Of a stretch of 62,316 bases of DNA, positions 22,753 to 34,444 are shown piece by piece (the stretch's first letter is position 1; every line of letters begins with the position of its first letter). Under the pieces are notes generated by a model. It was given only the letters and a program-made list of their open reading frames with translations, was not told where the DNA came from and searched no databases. The translations under genes were made by a program, and so were the position numbers. The stretch lies in contig JALAGF010004023.1 of the NCBI GenBank assembly GCA_030167865.1, positions 62,001 through 124,316 on the forward strand. Direction: 5' to 3'. This DNA comes from Craspedostauros australis (Eukaryota).

Positions 22753-23416
22753 TGGTGTGCTGATCGTAGTGGCGGGCTTCGGACAACGAGGACGAGAACG
22801 GGTATGAAAACTGTCCCTTGCCTGGTGGTCAAGGCGCGTGATCCGTGTGCGGGTGGTGGATTTTGTCTTCGAGATCTTGCGCCGTTGCTGTCTCTTGATG
22901 TGGTTGTTGTTGTGGCTGGGAACGGCGAAGGATCAAGATCGTGGCCATGGTGGATCATGTTCGGACCAACGCTCCTTGTTTCTTGCTGTCGGACTCAATC
23001 AGACGTGCTGGATGACAGACGTAACTGATGTCTTCAAGACGATTTCTGTTTCAACGGTCTGCTCTGAGTTGACCGTTCATTACACAGTCAATCAACAAGC
23101 AGCACTACCAGTCGTTCGAATCAAGGTCTGTTTGAGACAAAAAGGAACACAAACAGCCAACCGCAGAGGCAAACCCGCACGCAGCCATGTCGGAACGAAG
23201 AATGGTTGGCGCCAAAATATACGCCAGCAAAAGCGACGCGCGCTGGTCAGCAACCACGAACTGTTGGACACCAACTCAGCAACATCATATTCAACAACCA
23301 CAACCACCTGTTCTCCACCACTGTTGCTTCACGCAACATCGTCTCGATCACTTGACTCACAACGTAACTGCGTGGCAGGAGACCGAAGAAACCACCAAGC
23401 GAAACTTGCCCAAAGC

Positions 23417-24520
23417 ATGTCGCAAAGAAGGAACAAGGCGCAGCGAATCGATCTGTGCGCAAGACGGTGCTTTTTGTCGGATCTGTGTGACGGCAACCGA
23501 CCGGGAGGCGGAAACGGAGACAGACACGTCAAGCCGACCGCCCAAGCACGAGAAGGACGGCGCGGCGATGGAGGAAAACAGAAGGGGGAAGGTGGTTCCA
23601 CAGACGACAACCATGGAGATATCGCCGCCAGTACGAAGAATGCGGCCCAGCATCAGCAGGATCGTGAAGACAAACGGGCCGCTGCAGCAGCCAAACCTGC
23701 TGGAAGGCGTCTCCCAATGAAGATACGGGTCATGGGCTCCTTGGTCGCGTTCAAGGAGGTTGCGGGACCTGACGCGGATAGCATCGCAACTGAACCACAC
23801 GGGGCTCGTGCATCGACTGTGTCTGCGACTTCCCTCGACCACGCTACAGGCCCATCTGCGGAGGCAACCGCAAAAGCAAACGTTGAGATCTTGCTGGATG
23901 ATGGGACAGCCTGCATGCCAATCATCGTACCCAAACCCATGGCGATTCATGTCACCGATGCGACCATCGGGATGACGTTGGAATGCGTGGCAAGGAGGAT
24001 CACGGTTAGAAGCAGCGGCGGTCTTGCCATCCCGAGCAAGCAAAATGAGGAGTCGCAGGAGAATCCGCAGCAGCAACACAATGAAACCCGTGGCTACGAC
24101 CACTACTACTGGTGGGCAGAGACGTTGATGCAGCCATCTGATCCAGACACCGAATCGTTGCGATGGGCTGAGGTGGCATACCGCGATCATGTACAGCGAG
24201 AAAACGAAAGGGACAATGGCGCTGGTACCAGTACTGGTACTGGTACTGGTAGCGCCTCCGAGGGCAACAAGACTGAGCAACCAGATATCACCAACGAAGT
24301 TAGCTTCGATCTTGGCTATCCCTGCCAGCCCATCACGACCAACGAGCTGCTGCGCTTGATCCAATACCAAGCATCGTCCGCGCATGATCCTGGTGTCACT
24401 GTGGAGGATCTATCCCTCGCGCTACAATGCCCATTGGACATCATCAAACGCATGGTGCAAGAAATGCAGATGGCTGGCCAGATCTACCAAAACAGCGGCT
24501 CCGGTTACGTGCCTCTGTAA
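23417..24520 (+). CDS. OB-fold plus C-terminal winged-helix protein, RPA2/STN1-like
   Basis: ATG 23417 (MSQRRNKAQRIDLCARRCFLSDL). OB-like strands KIRVMGSLV, EILLDDGTAC, IGMTLECVA; helix SDPDTESLRWAEV; C-terminal wHTH-like GVTVEDLSLALQCPLDIIKRMVQEMQMAGQIYQ. Confidence 0.62.
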   Translation: MSQRRNKAQRIDLCARRCFLSDLCDGNRPGGGNGDRHVKPTAQAREGRRGDGGKQKGEGGSTDDNHGDIAASTKNAAQHQQDREDKRAAAAAKPAGRRLPMKIRVMGSLVAFKEVAGPDADSIATEPHGARASTVSATSLDHATGPSAEATAKANVEILLDDGTACMPIIVPKPMAIHVTDATIGMTLECVARRITVRSSGGLAIPSKQNEESQENPQQQHNETRGYDHYYWWAETLMQPSDPDTESLRWAEVAYRDHVQRENERDNGAGTSTGTGTGSASEGNKTEQPDITNEVSFDLGYPCQPITTNELLRLIQYQASSAHDPGVTVEDLSLALQCPLDIIKRMVQEMQMAGQIYQNSGSGYVPL

Positions 24521-24647
24521 CGCCATGGTTGTTGCAACGTCATATAGTTACAAATAATCGAGGCGAAGACGAGTTTAAGGAATCCATTATAGCGTGTTTC
24601 CGCGCCACCATCGGTTGCGACGTTGTAAAATATAAGACTCCACTGCT

Positions 24648-26546
24648 CTATGCTTCATCTTTTTCTTTAGTTGCGTTTCGTTGCCAGGTGAAGTCGCTTG
24701 CAACTCTGTTGATCAACCACCCCTTCAGAGGACCGCCTTTGAACAGATTCGCATTCACAAACTCTTGCTCCAGCGTTCCGTTCGATGCTTTGAATTGATT
24801 GTACGTCGTTGCGACATCGCCCACAGGAGGATCATCAACCGCCTTCGCTCTTGACTCAACGCCTGACCGGCATCCTTCATCGCAAGTCTTGGCCAATTCC
24901 CAAAGTCTGCGACGGCTCAGACGCGACGACGCTTTGTAGTAATCGAGGAATGACTTCGGCTTCTTCCCTTGCCGTATACCTCTTGCACCGACCAACACTT
25001 CCACACCGTCCGCATGTTGCTGCTGCTGCTGGCGTCGGCCACGGTCGTGTCTCTTGCCATTCACACCAGCATCAGTGGATGAACTCTTGCTGTCTGAACC
25101 TGCGCAGACCTGACAGACTCTTGTTTGCGCATTGATTTGCCAATTGAACGCAAACCCGCACGGTGATATCTTGATGCCGTTCTGATCAGTTGGTCGTTTG
25201 CGTTTGCGTTTGTGGGTACTGTGCGATGTCGTTCCATCCTGAGTCTCGCCATCCTGTGTGGATGTTAAAGCTTGTGTCGCTGTGAGCATGGCCATCGAAG
25301 CCTTGCCGTTCGCGTAGGATTGGTCGTTTACGACTTGCACCGTCGGCGCAGGGATCGTGTCAATGATGGATTGGATGCGCTCCGCCGTACCATCCAGTTG
25401 TTTGGCACGCATCTCGCTTTTTAAATGATCGACGACAGCGTGAATGCGTTGCGGGATGGCCCTTCTCAACGCTGCGACCTGTTGCTGATTGTTTGGCGCA
25501 ACGCGCGGGTCGGCGCTGACAACGATGGACGACAGCCTTACTGGTTCCAGCAACCACCTTCGCACCAAGCCGCCATCGAGCCCGCACACGCCCCATCTCA
25601 CGAGCTTGTCGGAACACGACATGCTGCAGGATCGCAGATGGGCGGGGAGGTTCGAGCGTCCCGACTTGGTTCGCAGCGCGCCGAGAACCTGCACCGCCTC
25701 TCTTGCCACTGAGGTCCCGTCAAGAGCAGCATGCTGGCCGCCACAACGATCGGCATCGATGCCGGTGTCTTTCGACAACACGACCTTGGCCCCCGTGAAC
25801 GATAGACTGTTCTTTTGATCACTGTACACCCGATCAATGGGATAGATGGAGCCATCTCCGCACGGCGAATCGCTGATGTACAGATGGAGTTGAATCGTTG
25901 GCTTCAGTCGGAACTGGACTTTTGGCGTGTTGCTTCCTCTCTTCGCCGAGCCCGACGTCCCCATGTCCACGGCATCGAGCAGAGGGAAAATCAGGGCCGA
26001 TGACGATTCCGCCGTTGCTGTTGATTGCTGCGATTGTTCATCAATGCCAGTAACACCGCCACCACCACCACCACCACCAACATCAACGTCACTAATTCTC
26101 ATATCTCTAGCTGTAACAACAGTCGGATGGGATCTCTGACAGAGGTGATGTCTGATTTCCAATAACAGCAGCCTGTTCAATCCGCGGCGTGCCAGCACTT
26201 CTGCATGGCAATCTGCGAGGATGCAGCCGCTCTCCTTGATATTCGTGCACTTCGTCCCTGTCGCTGATGCGATCACCTGCAGTTGCGCATTCTGAATACC
26301 ACGCTCGTCTGCCTGCGGAGATCGTTCCCGCAAACTGGATGCGACGATCGCAGCATAGACCGTCCACTCATTGTCGGGTTTCGGCTTGCACTTGTTGGGT
26401 ATCGTTGTTTCGAGATGCTGCAATGCTGCGCGTGCAATCATCCTGGAAAGTGACGTCCCTGCATCGGCAGGGATGCGCTCGCCATCATTTTCTTCTCCTG
26501 TTTGCGATGGGAATGCAGCGGCACGCTCTGACTTAGCTTGCTCCAT
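24648..26546 (-). CDS. ADAT1: Adenosine deaminase acting on tRNA, ADAT1/Tad1-like (ADAR-type catalytic domain, no dsRBD)
   Basis: Motifs EWTVYAAIV, ATGTKC, DCHAEVLARR, LHLYISDSPCGDGSI, GALRTKSGR, SMSCSDKLVRW, SRLSR; start assigned to ATG 26546. Confidence 0.88.
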   Translation of the reverse strand: MEQAKSERAAAFPSQTGEENDGERIPADAGTSLSRMIARAALQHLETTIPNKCKPKPDNEWTVYAAIVASSLRERSPQADERGIQNAQLQVIASATGTKCTNIKESGCILADCHAEVLARRGLNRLLLLEIRHHLCQRSHPTVVTARDMRISDVDVGGGGGGGGVTGIDEQSQQSTATAESSSALIFPLLDAVDMGTSGSAKRGSNTPKVQFRLKPTIQLHLYISDSPCGDGSIYPIDRVYSDQKNSLSFTGAKVVLSKDTGIDADRCGGQHAALDGTSVAREAVQVLGALRTKSGRSNLPAHLRSCSMSCSDKLVRWGVCGLDGGLVRRWLLEPVRLSSIVVSADPRVAPNNQQQVAALRRAIPQRIHAVVDHLKSEMRAKQLDGTAERIQSIIDTIPAPTVQVVNDQSYANGKASMAMLTATQALTSTQDGETQDGTTSHSTHKRKRKRPTDQNGIKISPCGFAFNWQINAQTRVCQVCAGSDSKSSSTDAGVNGKRHDRGRRQQQQQHADGVEVLVGARGIRQGKKPKSFLDYYKASSRLSRRRLWELAKTCDEGCRSGVESRAKAVDDPPVGDVATTYNQFKASNGTLEQEFVNANLFKGGPLKGWLINRVASDFTWQRNATKEKDEA

Positions 26547-27713
26547 ACTGGGATATCGCACTCCGATTCTGTCGCGTTCGCCGGTCGCTCCATGATGTGC
26601 GAAGTGTGTTCTTGCAGCTGCCGTTGCTATTGCTATTGCTAATACTCCTGTTGTTGCGTCGACATGACGATGGACAAGCGCGTACCAGGAGGGACATCGT
26701 ACCATACTCGTGGATGTCCACAGCGTTGGTGTTGGCATCGGCGTCAGTTTGATGTGTTGATGCGAACGGCCAAGAACAAATTATTTTCGAACATTTCCGT
26801 GACTCGACCAAAATGACGACTAACTTCAATCACGTTTCGGTTCGCCAGAAGTTCGAATCGTTCGACTGCACGGTGACTGGCGAGGACGAATCATCCTTCA
26901 TGCAAAACACGCACAAAAGACGGCACACAAGAGAGAAGATCACCACGCAAACAACACGGCGCAGCGCGTCAGAATTCTCGATGTCGTTGTTTTGACAACC
27001 AATTCACCCACGCTTCTCCTCACAATTCTGTCGTCACGAGTGCAGATGTGAGTTTGATGCTTTACAAGCTATGGCAAAATGGCTTCGATGGCGGTGTGAT
27101 CGTGTGATCATGTGGTCTTGTGGTCTGCGATCCCCAAGGTCTAAGATCGACAATGGGATGCCTGCGTCAAGCAAAGAAGGGAGAGAAAGAGATGATGGGA
27201 CGCCACAAGAGGAGGATGGCGTCAGAATCGCTGCGGCAGATTTTGTCGGAGTGTCACCTCAACGGAACAGAGAGGCAAACTTTGTCCGTACTGCACAGCC
27301 GTGGCTTTCTACGTGGAAGGATCTCTTTGCGCTGGTCGTGGGTGCAGGAAGTATTTATTGCACAGAGTGTGCCAATGGTTGGGCGCGTTGTGCCCATCAC
27401 AATCGCCGTATGCATCTCTCATTGCCATACACGCATACTCTATGATAATACAGAGGCATACCCACTCACATCCATTCCGCTGCGTTCCTTTGCCCAATTT
27501 GCTGATCTTGTCTCATCCACTCCAACTCGCTTTCCTTCGTTCCTGTTGCAATCACAAAACGCAGCAGAAGCATCGAACCAGGCAACTTCGACCCGATCTT
27601 CGGAACATTCGCATCATCACCGTATCTTGAGAATCCACATCGATTCCTGCGACATTCTAAACCATACCATACCATTCTGATAGGACCACCACACAACAGA
27701 ACGAACGCACAAG

Positions 27714-27968
27714 ATGGATTCCCAACCACCAAACGACCCAAATAGAAACAATGACAACAACGGAATGAATGCCCGTGCCGCTCAGAAGGAGACACCGTAC
27801 GAGGGCCGTGGAAGACAGAATGGAAGGAATGGAAACAACAACAACGCCGACGCCAACGATGGCGAGCCAATGGATGTGATGGGAGATATGAGAGATTCCC
27901 CCGTCGTCGTCATGATGTTTTTGATGGGAGTCGCCAGCTGGTTCCTTCGTGAGAGGTGTATGTGTTAG
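27714..27968 (+). CDS. Small hypothetical protein: Asn/Gly-rich N-terminus with C-terminal hydrophobic helix
   Basis: 84-aa ATG ORF behind a CA-rich leader like those of neighbouring genes; ends PVVVMMFLMGVASWFLRERCMC. Confidence 0.5.
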   Translation: MDSQPPNDPNRNNDNNGMNARAAQKETPYEGRGRQNGRNGNNNNADANDGEPMDVMGDMRDSPVVVMMFLMGVASWFLRERCMC

Positions 27969-28903
27969 AGAGCAGGCGCAATGGCAGTATGTGATGTGAG
28001 ACTGCGCAAGCAGCCATCAACCAGGAAGGACACGGAGAGAGAAGGTGGGCGAGCGAGTGTTTCGGACCGCTCCCTCTCTTGCGGTTATCATCATATTCGT
28101 ATCCTTGAGATACGAGGGCACATACTCGTGCGGCAAGCAGCATTGCCTTTGAACCACTGAATCCAACGCATGAAGCTACCACTATGATCGAGTCTTCCTT
28201 CCATCAAGCACATGAACATGAACACGCATCCAAACGAATGAACAGACACCCATAACTTTTCATCGCTACGTACACGAACCACGAGTATGCACTCAACCTT
28301 TTTCAATCCCTTATCATGCATGCTCGTGCCTGCAACCACTTACTGGTGCAATGCCCATCATGATCCACACAATTGACACACAGCGCCGGGAGAAGACCGG
28401 CTCCGATGGACGATGCACGTGAATGAGTCCCATGCATTACGGAGTAGAATGCCCTACTCCACTCAAATCTATAATAATAAACAATCACAAAAATATAACA
28501 AGAAACAAACAAGCATGCATGCATATTCTCCTGGAGTACTCTGTGAGGTTGGGATACAGTTATATTATGGCTACAGTACTGAGTTCATAAGTGTTCGTTG
28601 CTTCTTCTTCCTTGTCTCTCTTCCTCTCTCGCTGGCCCATTCACATCCATGTATAAGTTTCTTCCGTGTATTCGCTCCATTTCGAGTAGATTGCTCCACT
28701 CCACTCCACTCACGTTCACTTTACTTCATTTAATTCCATTCCACTGATCACCTTACATTCATCCACTTCATCCATTCAACTGTTCAACCGGTTACAAGTT
28801 ACAAAGGAGGGAGACGGAAAGAGAGAGGGAGAGAGCTTTTTTGGAACGGATGCTTCATGCCCCGGTGCCAAGAACGAGAGGCAGAAAATCACCCTGGCTG
28901 ACA

Positions 28904-31900
28904 TCATGCCTCATCGAATGGTTTCTCGGGTGAGATGATGCTGACTTGGTATTCATCCTTGGAATCCGCCTTCAAGATCTCGATGCTGTGTTCCGTGTAC
29001 GTTCGATTGTGAGCAAACACTATGCTTGCGCTGCTTCCAGTGCCATCATTGATGACATTGCCGTGGCCAATCCCGCTTGCTCCCGCACCACCGCCCATTG
29101 CGTTGGACCCTGCAGGTACGTATCGTTGACCGTCGCTGGTTGCCCAGTATCCATACTGGTTGCGGACATTGTCGTGATGGGCTTGCAGTTCAGCCTGTGA
29201 CAGCGACTGCAAACCGCGGACATGATGGTGCGATGGGATCGTGCCTCGGTTGGATGCATGGATAGTGTGGTGGCTGTGGGCGTTGTTGCCCCCAACATAC
29301 GACGGAGCTCTTCGGACTACGTGCGGCTTTGAGACATTCGGTCTGTAGTCAACGATGTTGCGTGGCGGGGACACCGCAGTCACCGCCGGCGACACGGTCC
29401 CACGGGGCGGAGGAGTTACCGTCGGCGTCCTGCGGCCCTTGGTTGGGCTTCGTGGCGGCAAGGAGCGTACTCGTTTGTTCGGAACAGCGCGGGCGACCCT
29501 GGTCTGCTGTCCCTTCGCGCCGAGCGGCTGCCTCGTGTTCTCATCGAATGGCACTTCAGCCACCTCGAACGTCACGTCCGTGTAGTTCAGAAATTCGGAT
29601 GGCGATTCTTCCCTCGTCTCCGACAGCCCCGAACCTGGACGTGGACGCGCAGTCTCCGTCTCTTCGCGAAACGATGTCAGATCGGAAGTGGTCTTTCCGT
29701 CCACGTATGACACGAATGTTGGCGGTAGATCGCCGCGCCCGTTGGCTCCGTTGCCAGCAGCACCAGCACCAGCACGACCATTGCTATTGCCTCCTCCTGG
29801 TACCTGTGCATGGTGGTGATGGTTCAAGTGCGATTGGGACAATGTCGAGCTGCTCAGCATTGATGTGCCGCTCAACTTTGACGATGATCTGGTGGATCGA
29901 GATGATCTCGAAGCCGTTGCACGCGTCCTTCTCACATCTCGCGGTGATGTCGCGGATTGTGGATCCGCGAACGTGAAGAATCTCTCCGCTGGCAGGTTGG
30001 CCCCGTCACGGAGCGTCATGGGACTTCCTTCAACTGCTCCGTATCCCAAGTTGGTGCTGGTCGTCGACGCCGATTGGATGCTGGTGAGATCGCTGTCCCT
30101 GGCGTGATCGGTCGCAAGCGGTCTGCGCTTGGTCAGAAGCCTCGCGGTCTTGTTGGTCTCCATCACCTCTCTGTCTGTTTGCGACATGTTCGATAGCCTT
30201 TCGGTACTTGTCGATGTGCTGGTCGCATTGGTCGTGTGCCCTGACGTGTACGTCGTTCCCGACGTCCGTGAGAATGTGCCCGGCGAATCATCCGATGCTG
30301 GCGCGTCCGTTCCCGTGTTCGTCGGGCTTGCCACGGCATGGACAGGCGTTCTGGATCGGGCGACATGATGGTGGTGGTGGTGATGGCTGGACTTGCTGGA
30401 ACGGCTGGGTGGTCTATCATCGAATGTGTAGTGGTAAGTTGGCGAAGGGATGCTGCATGGGCTCTCGCCTGTAGGGACTGGGAAATGGTCGTAATCCTCA
30501 TCCATCTCCTCTTCCGTATTTGAAGGTTGCTTGGCGATGATCGAATCGTCGGTCTGGCGATTGACCATACCCCTCCCGTTGCCATTTCCGGTCGAATTGT
30601 TGTTATTGTTATTGTTGATACGATTGCTGCGACCGATGGTGGTGCTGTTGGCACCGGCGGCAGCGAGTCGCGTTGCGGCGGTTGATGTACGTTCCGAAAT
30701 GATGCCCTGTGTTTGTGTGACGAATACCTTGTTCATTGCGCCACTATCTCCAACCTCAGCAGAACTGGGAGACTCCATGGATGCGTGCCTGCTATCCAAC
30801 CCTCCAGTGGATGTGGACGCAGATGCAGATTCATGTTGTGTTTGCATTATCGCAGTCGTTCTTTGTCCATCGATTTCATGCGTGCCATCTAACCCTGAGT
30901 CAACGTTTTGACGTGACACTGTTGATGTCTTGCCTGTGCTCGCAACGGCAGCGGCAGCACCAGCCTTGACATCCTTTGAGGCAGTGCTGGGAACAAAACT
31001 GGAGGGCGACTTGGAATTCGATTCGGATGGCTTGAACTTGCGACGACGAAACTTCCTGAACTCCGACATGAAACGCGCGGCACGTGAGGTCTTTGGCGAT
31101 GAGAGCTGCTTGGCTGTGTCCAACTTGGATTCCTCCTCGGCTGCGGATCGCGCCAGCAATTCCTTGCGTGCTAGAGTCGCTGGTGTGAGGTCAACAACTT
31201 CGATCGATGAACGTTCCGCCTCCTTGCTGAGGGACGTGTCTTCGATGGGGTTGAAGACTGAGGATTGCGGGCGTATCGACAGCTCGGACATGGCTCTCGT
31301 GACATGGTAGGACGGTCTGGTGACAGGCGGGAGGAAGGCGCTGCGCTCCATCGGGTACGCTGCGTAGTTCCTCGAACGGTGGATGGTGCCGAATGCGCTG
31401 TTCGCGGAAGTCGAGAGCGGCGTTGACCGAGTTCTGGTCCTCAAGAGATGCGATCCAATGGTTGGCGGGTGATTGAAGCTGGTTTGCTTTCCACCTTCTT
31501 GGATGCGTCGCTGCTGTTGCCGCTGTTGCTTCTGGGTTGCATGCGGTTTGTGCTTTGCCCCATCATCATTATCATCATCAACATCGTCAACATCGTTGTC
31601 GTTCTCGTCGTCGTCCTCCTCCTCCTCATCTTCGAACATCAAGGAGGGGATGTGATGGACTGGGGATGACTGTGTGCACCGAATCGATATGGGTTCGTGC
31701 AAGTTGGTCTTCCCGCTGCTAAGGTGGAAGCCCTCACCGGCAATGCTCGTAGCAGCCGCGTTGCCAGCTACATTTGAGTATCCGTGCGGAGGTTCGCCTG
31801 CGTAGGAGTACATGAGTCTGGGGTTGCGCATGTTGTTCGCAAACCCCTCGCCAGCGCCGCAGAAAGTGAGCTGCTGGAACATGTTGAGTGGTTGGAACTG

Positions 31901-32338
31901 GTCCTGCTGATCATCGTTGATGTAATCCTCGAACTTGCGAATGAGATGCGCAAACGCTTCGCCGGAGGCGAGTTGGTGAGGTGCGAAGGGCAGCTTGCTG
32001 TGGTTCGTCGCTGCCTTCTTGTTTTCATGCTTGCCACCGCCTGCGTCATTGTGCACATCATGTGATGTTTGCGCAGATGTCGATGTTGATGATGACATCG
32101 AATTGCTTTGTGCACCCCCCAGCGGTCCCAACGAGTCAACCCCAGCATTAGCAGTAGCATTAGCAGCAGCTGTGTCAGCAGTAGCAGCCGTGTCAGCAGT
32201 AGCGCCAATGCCGTCAACGGGCCCCCCATTCGGATCAGCAACCCCAGCCCCTTGAGCGTCTCCATGGACCATCCCAGAACCCCTGTGCGTGCCTTTGGAA
32301 TCCCATGCTCTATCGTCCGACGATCGTGAGATGTCCAT
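28904..32338 (-). CDS. Large Ser/Thr-rich, intrinsically disordered hypothetical protein (~1140 aa)
   Basis: Uninterrupted 3.4-kb ORF, first ATG 32338; poly-D/E, poly-N, poly-H and Q tracts; no recognisable folded domain. Confidence 0.8.
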   Translation of the reverse strand: MDISRSSDDRAWDSKGTHRGSGMVHGDAQGAGVADPNGGPVDGIGATADTAATADTAAANATANAGVDSLGPLGGAQSNSMSSSTSTSAQTSHDVHNDAGGGKHENKKAATNHSKLPFAPHQLASGEAFAHLIRKFEDYINDDQQDQFQPLNMFQQLTFCGAGEGFANNMRNPRLMYSYAGEPPHGYSNVAGNAAATSIAGEGFHLSSGKTNLHEPISIRCTQSSPVHHIPSLMFEDEEEEDDDENDNDVDDVDDDNDDGAKHKPHATQKQQRQQQRRIQEGGKQTSFNHPPTIGSHLLRTRTRSTPLSTSANSAFGTIHRSRNYAAYPMERSAFLPPVTRPSYHVTRAMSELSIRPQSSVFNPIEDTSLSKEAERSSIEVVDLTPATLARKELLARSAAEEESKLDTAKQLSSPKTSRAARFMSEFRKFRRRKFKPSESNSKSPSSFVPSTASKDVKAGAAAAVASTGKTSTVSRQNVDSGLDGTHEIDGQRTTAIMQTQHESASASTSTGGLDSRHASMESPSSAEVGDSGAMNKVFVTQTQGIISERTSTAATRLAAAGANSTTIGRSNRINNNNNNNSTGNGNGRGMVNRQTDDSIIAKQPSNTEEEMDEDYDHFPVPTGESPCSIPSPTYHYTFDDRPPSRSSKSSHHHHHHHVARSRTPVHAVASPTNTGTDAPASDDSPGTFSRTSGTTYTSGHTTNATSTSTSTERLSNMSQTDREVMETNKTARLLTKRRPLATDHARDSDLTSIQSASTTSTNLGYGAVEGSPMTLRDGANLPAERFFTFADPQSATSPRDVRRTRATASRSSRSTRSSSKLSGTSMLSSSTLSQSHLNHHHHAQVPGGGNSNGRAGAGAAGNGANGRGDLPPTFVSYVDGKTTSDLTSFREETETARPRPGSGLSETREESPSEFLNYTDVTFEVAEVPFDENTRQPLGAKGQQTRVARAVPNKRVRSLPPRSPTKGRRTPTVTPPPRGTVSPAVTAVSPPRNIVDYRPNVSKPHVVRRAPSYVGGNNAHSHHTIHASNRGTIPSHHHVRGLQSLSQAELQAHHDNVRNQYGYWATSDGQRYVPAGSNAMGGGAGASGIGHGNVINDGTGSSASIVFAHNRTYTEHSIEILKADSKDEYQVSIISPEKPFDEA

Positions 32339-33702
32339 TCTAACCACAGTGCTGGTGGCGCTGTTGATGGCAGTTCCGATAACAGTGCGAGTTGAGAGTA
32401 CCCCGACGTCCCCAGGCCCAGCGTCTACCACTGCCACTGGCACTGGCACTGGCACTGCCGCCAACAGCACGACTGATTGCCTGCTGATGCACCTGTTCGG
32501 ATGCGATGCTGATTCGTCCCCCTTTTCTCACAGACGTCTTCCCCCCTCCGCTTCTGTGGCAAGAAGCGGAGACCGTCCCTGAGCCTCAATGCTTGTCTTC
32601 GCTGTCGTTGTTGTTGTTGCAGTCGTCAATGCTGTGGTTGCTCTGTTGCTGTTGTTGTTCCACTGTGAAGCAATGCGATCTTGCTCGAGAGAGAGTGGAT
32701 GGAGAGCAGAGACACCTGCGAAGGCGCAGAATTGAAGTTGAGTACTACCAGGACTGCGAGTATTCGTGTCCACCTCCCTCCGTCCTTGCGTCTTCTTGGC
32801 TGAACAGTCCGTACGACGCGTCTTTGGTGCTCTTTGTGCCGTGCACTTGCTTGCGCGCCGCGCAGATGGCGAGATAAGTCGACAGTTTTCAGTCCACGGT
32901 GCACCAACACAATTCTTTGACGCGAAGATGACGCAGGTGGTTGGACAAGGCACACACACAAATGAGCCGTCGAACATGTGTGAACAAGGGGGTGCTTGTT
33001 GAGACATGCACCGATCGTCATGCCTGCGCTGAGCATTTTGTAATACAGGATGTAATATATTTCTATGATCTTTGTCGTCGTCATAGTGGCATTTGAACAC
33101 CACCCCGCTTGCGGACAGAAGTCAGTGCCATAGCAAATGACGTTTCGTTGGCGTTTCCTTATGTCTCATTGATGTCGCATCATTTTCACTATGACGACCA
33201 AATATTCCTCGGCTTTGGCACAGGAGACGACTTCACAGACTCGAAAACAGGAGGCGGGATTCCTATTCCGTGACTAAATTTATCATCATATCGTATCTTC
33301 TGAAACTCAACAAGAACGCAACCCAAACGCTCCACGTCTCCTCCACGGTCTCGCAGCGTGCAACTTCGTGCCGCGAACGTCTCGGCATGGGTCCAAAGGT
33401 ATCTTCAACCTGACTTCTCTCCCGAACCCTTGTGAGTGGTTGTGAGGACTGCCTCGTCTTTTCCCTGCGTGAGCGTTGGGGTTGTTCTCCTCTTGTTCCA
33501 CAGGCGTCTCCGGGTGTCGTGTGTCACTGTTTGACGTCGTTGGTTGTCGTCGCTCTTTCGTCCTTGGGATGCGTGGTGTCGTTGGATCCATGTGCAACAC
33601 GGCGCTTCCTGTTGCTGTACTTGCACCTTGGCGAGTATTGATTCTCTTGCCAACGGGCTACTACAGTGTTGATCGGGTACTGTTTTCGTTGCAGTTTGTA
33701 TC

Positions 33703-33736
33703 GTTGTTGTTGTTGTTGTTGTTGTTGTCGTCGTCG
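33703..33736. repeat. (TTG)n(TCG)n trinucleotide microsatellite
   Basis: gttgttgttgttgttgttgttgttgtcgtcgtcg read directly. Confidence 0.85.
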
Positions 33737-34444
33737 CCATTGGCGTTGTCCCTGCAGCGTTTGCTTGCGGCATCACGCAATGCCAAGCAACGGAAGGATG
33801 ACCACTGCTCTCGATCAGCTCACAAATTCAAGCTTCGCATCTTCACAGACACCGAAACCAAAACAACCAAACAGCAACGTGAGTGAAGGAATGAAAACGG
33901 AAGGGCATGGTTTCCTGCGCAATTCATTTTATCGGTCGGACGCAAGCAGCCACGAGTGTGGAATGCCGATCATTTTGGCCATGGTCGTCGCCATCGTGTG
34001 GTCGTATGGACGTTGGAAAGCTTGGGAGACCGCTACATTCGCCGACCATCTCCTTCTTGCGATACCCTCTTGTCAACACCATGACGTCATCCAGCACCGA
34101 TCGACGACACACAGCTTCGCCAGCCGCGTCAATGTTTGCAATGGAGATGGCATTTGCGGCGCTGGTACCTGACAATGGAGATAGAGGCGATGAAAATCGG
34201 CAGCACCTCATCTTTTTCGATATTGGAGCCGTCTTGCTGTGCCAAGCCGAAGCCCATTCGCTTCCCCATGACCGCCTCTCTCTGTGACGTGCTTCAATGA
34301 CAAACTGCGATCGATGCACACACACACACCATTTCCTCACCATGACACTGCCACTCCATTTCATCATCTCGCACACTCGTCCCTTCGCGCAAACATGCGG
34401 CCGCGCCGCAACTCCTCACCAACTCGATTTGCGAAACCAACAGC

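Noticed and set aside
24648..26546. Possible ADAR (mRNA-editing) enzyme
   Set aside because: No dsRNA-binding domain; N-terminal EWTV motif and layout fit the tRNA-specific ADAT1/Tad1.
33405..33776. 123-aa Thr-rich minus ORF
   Set aside because: Largely explained by the (TTG)n microsatellite; no other coding support.
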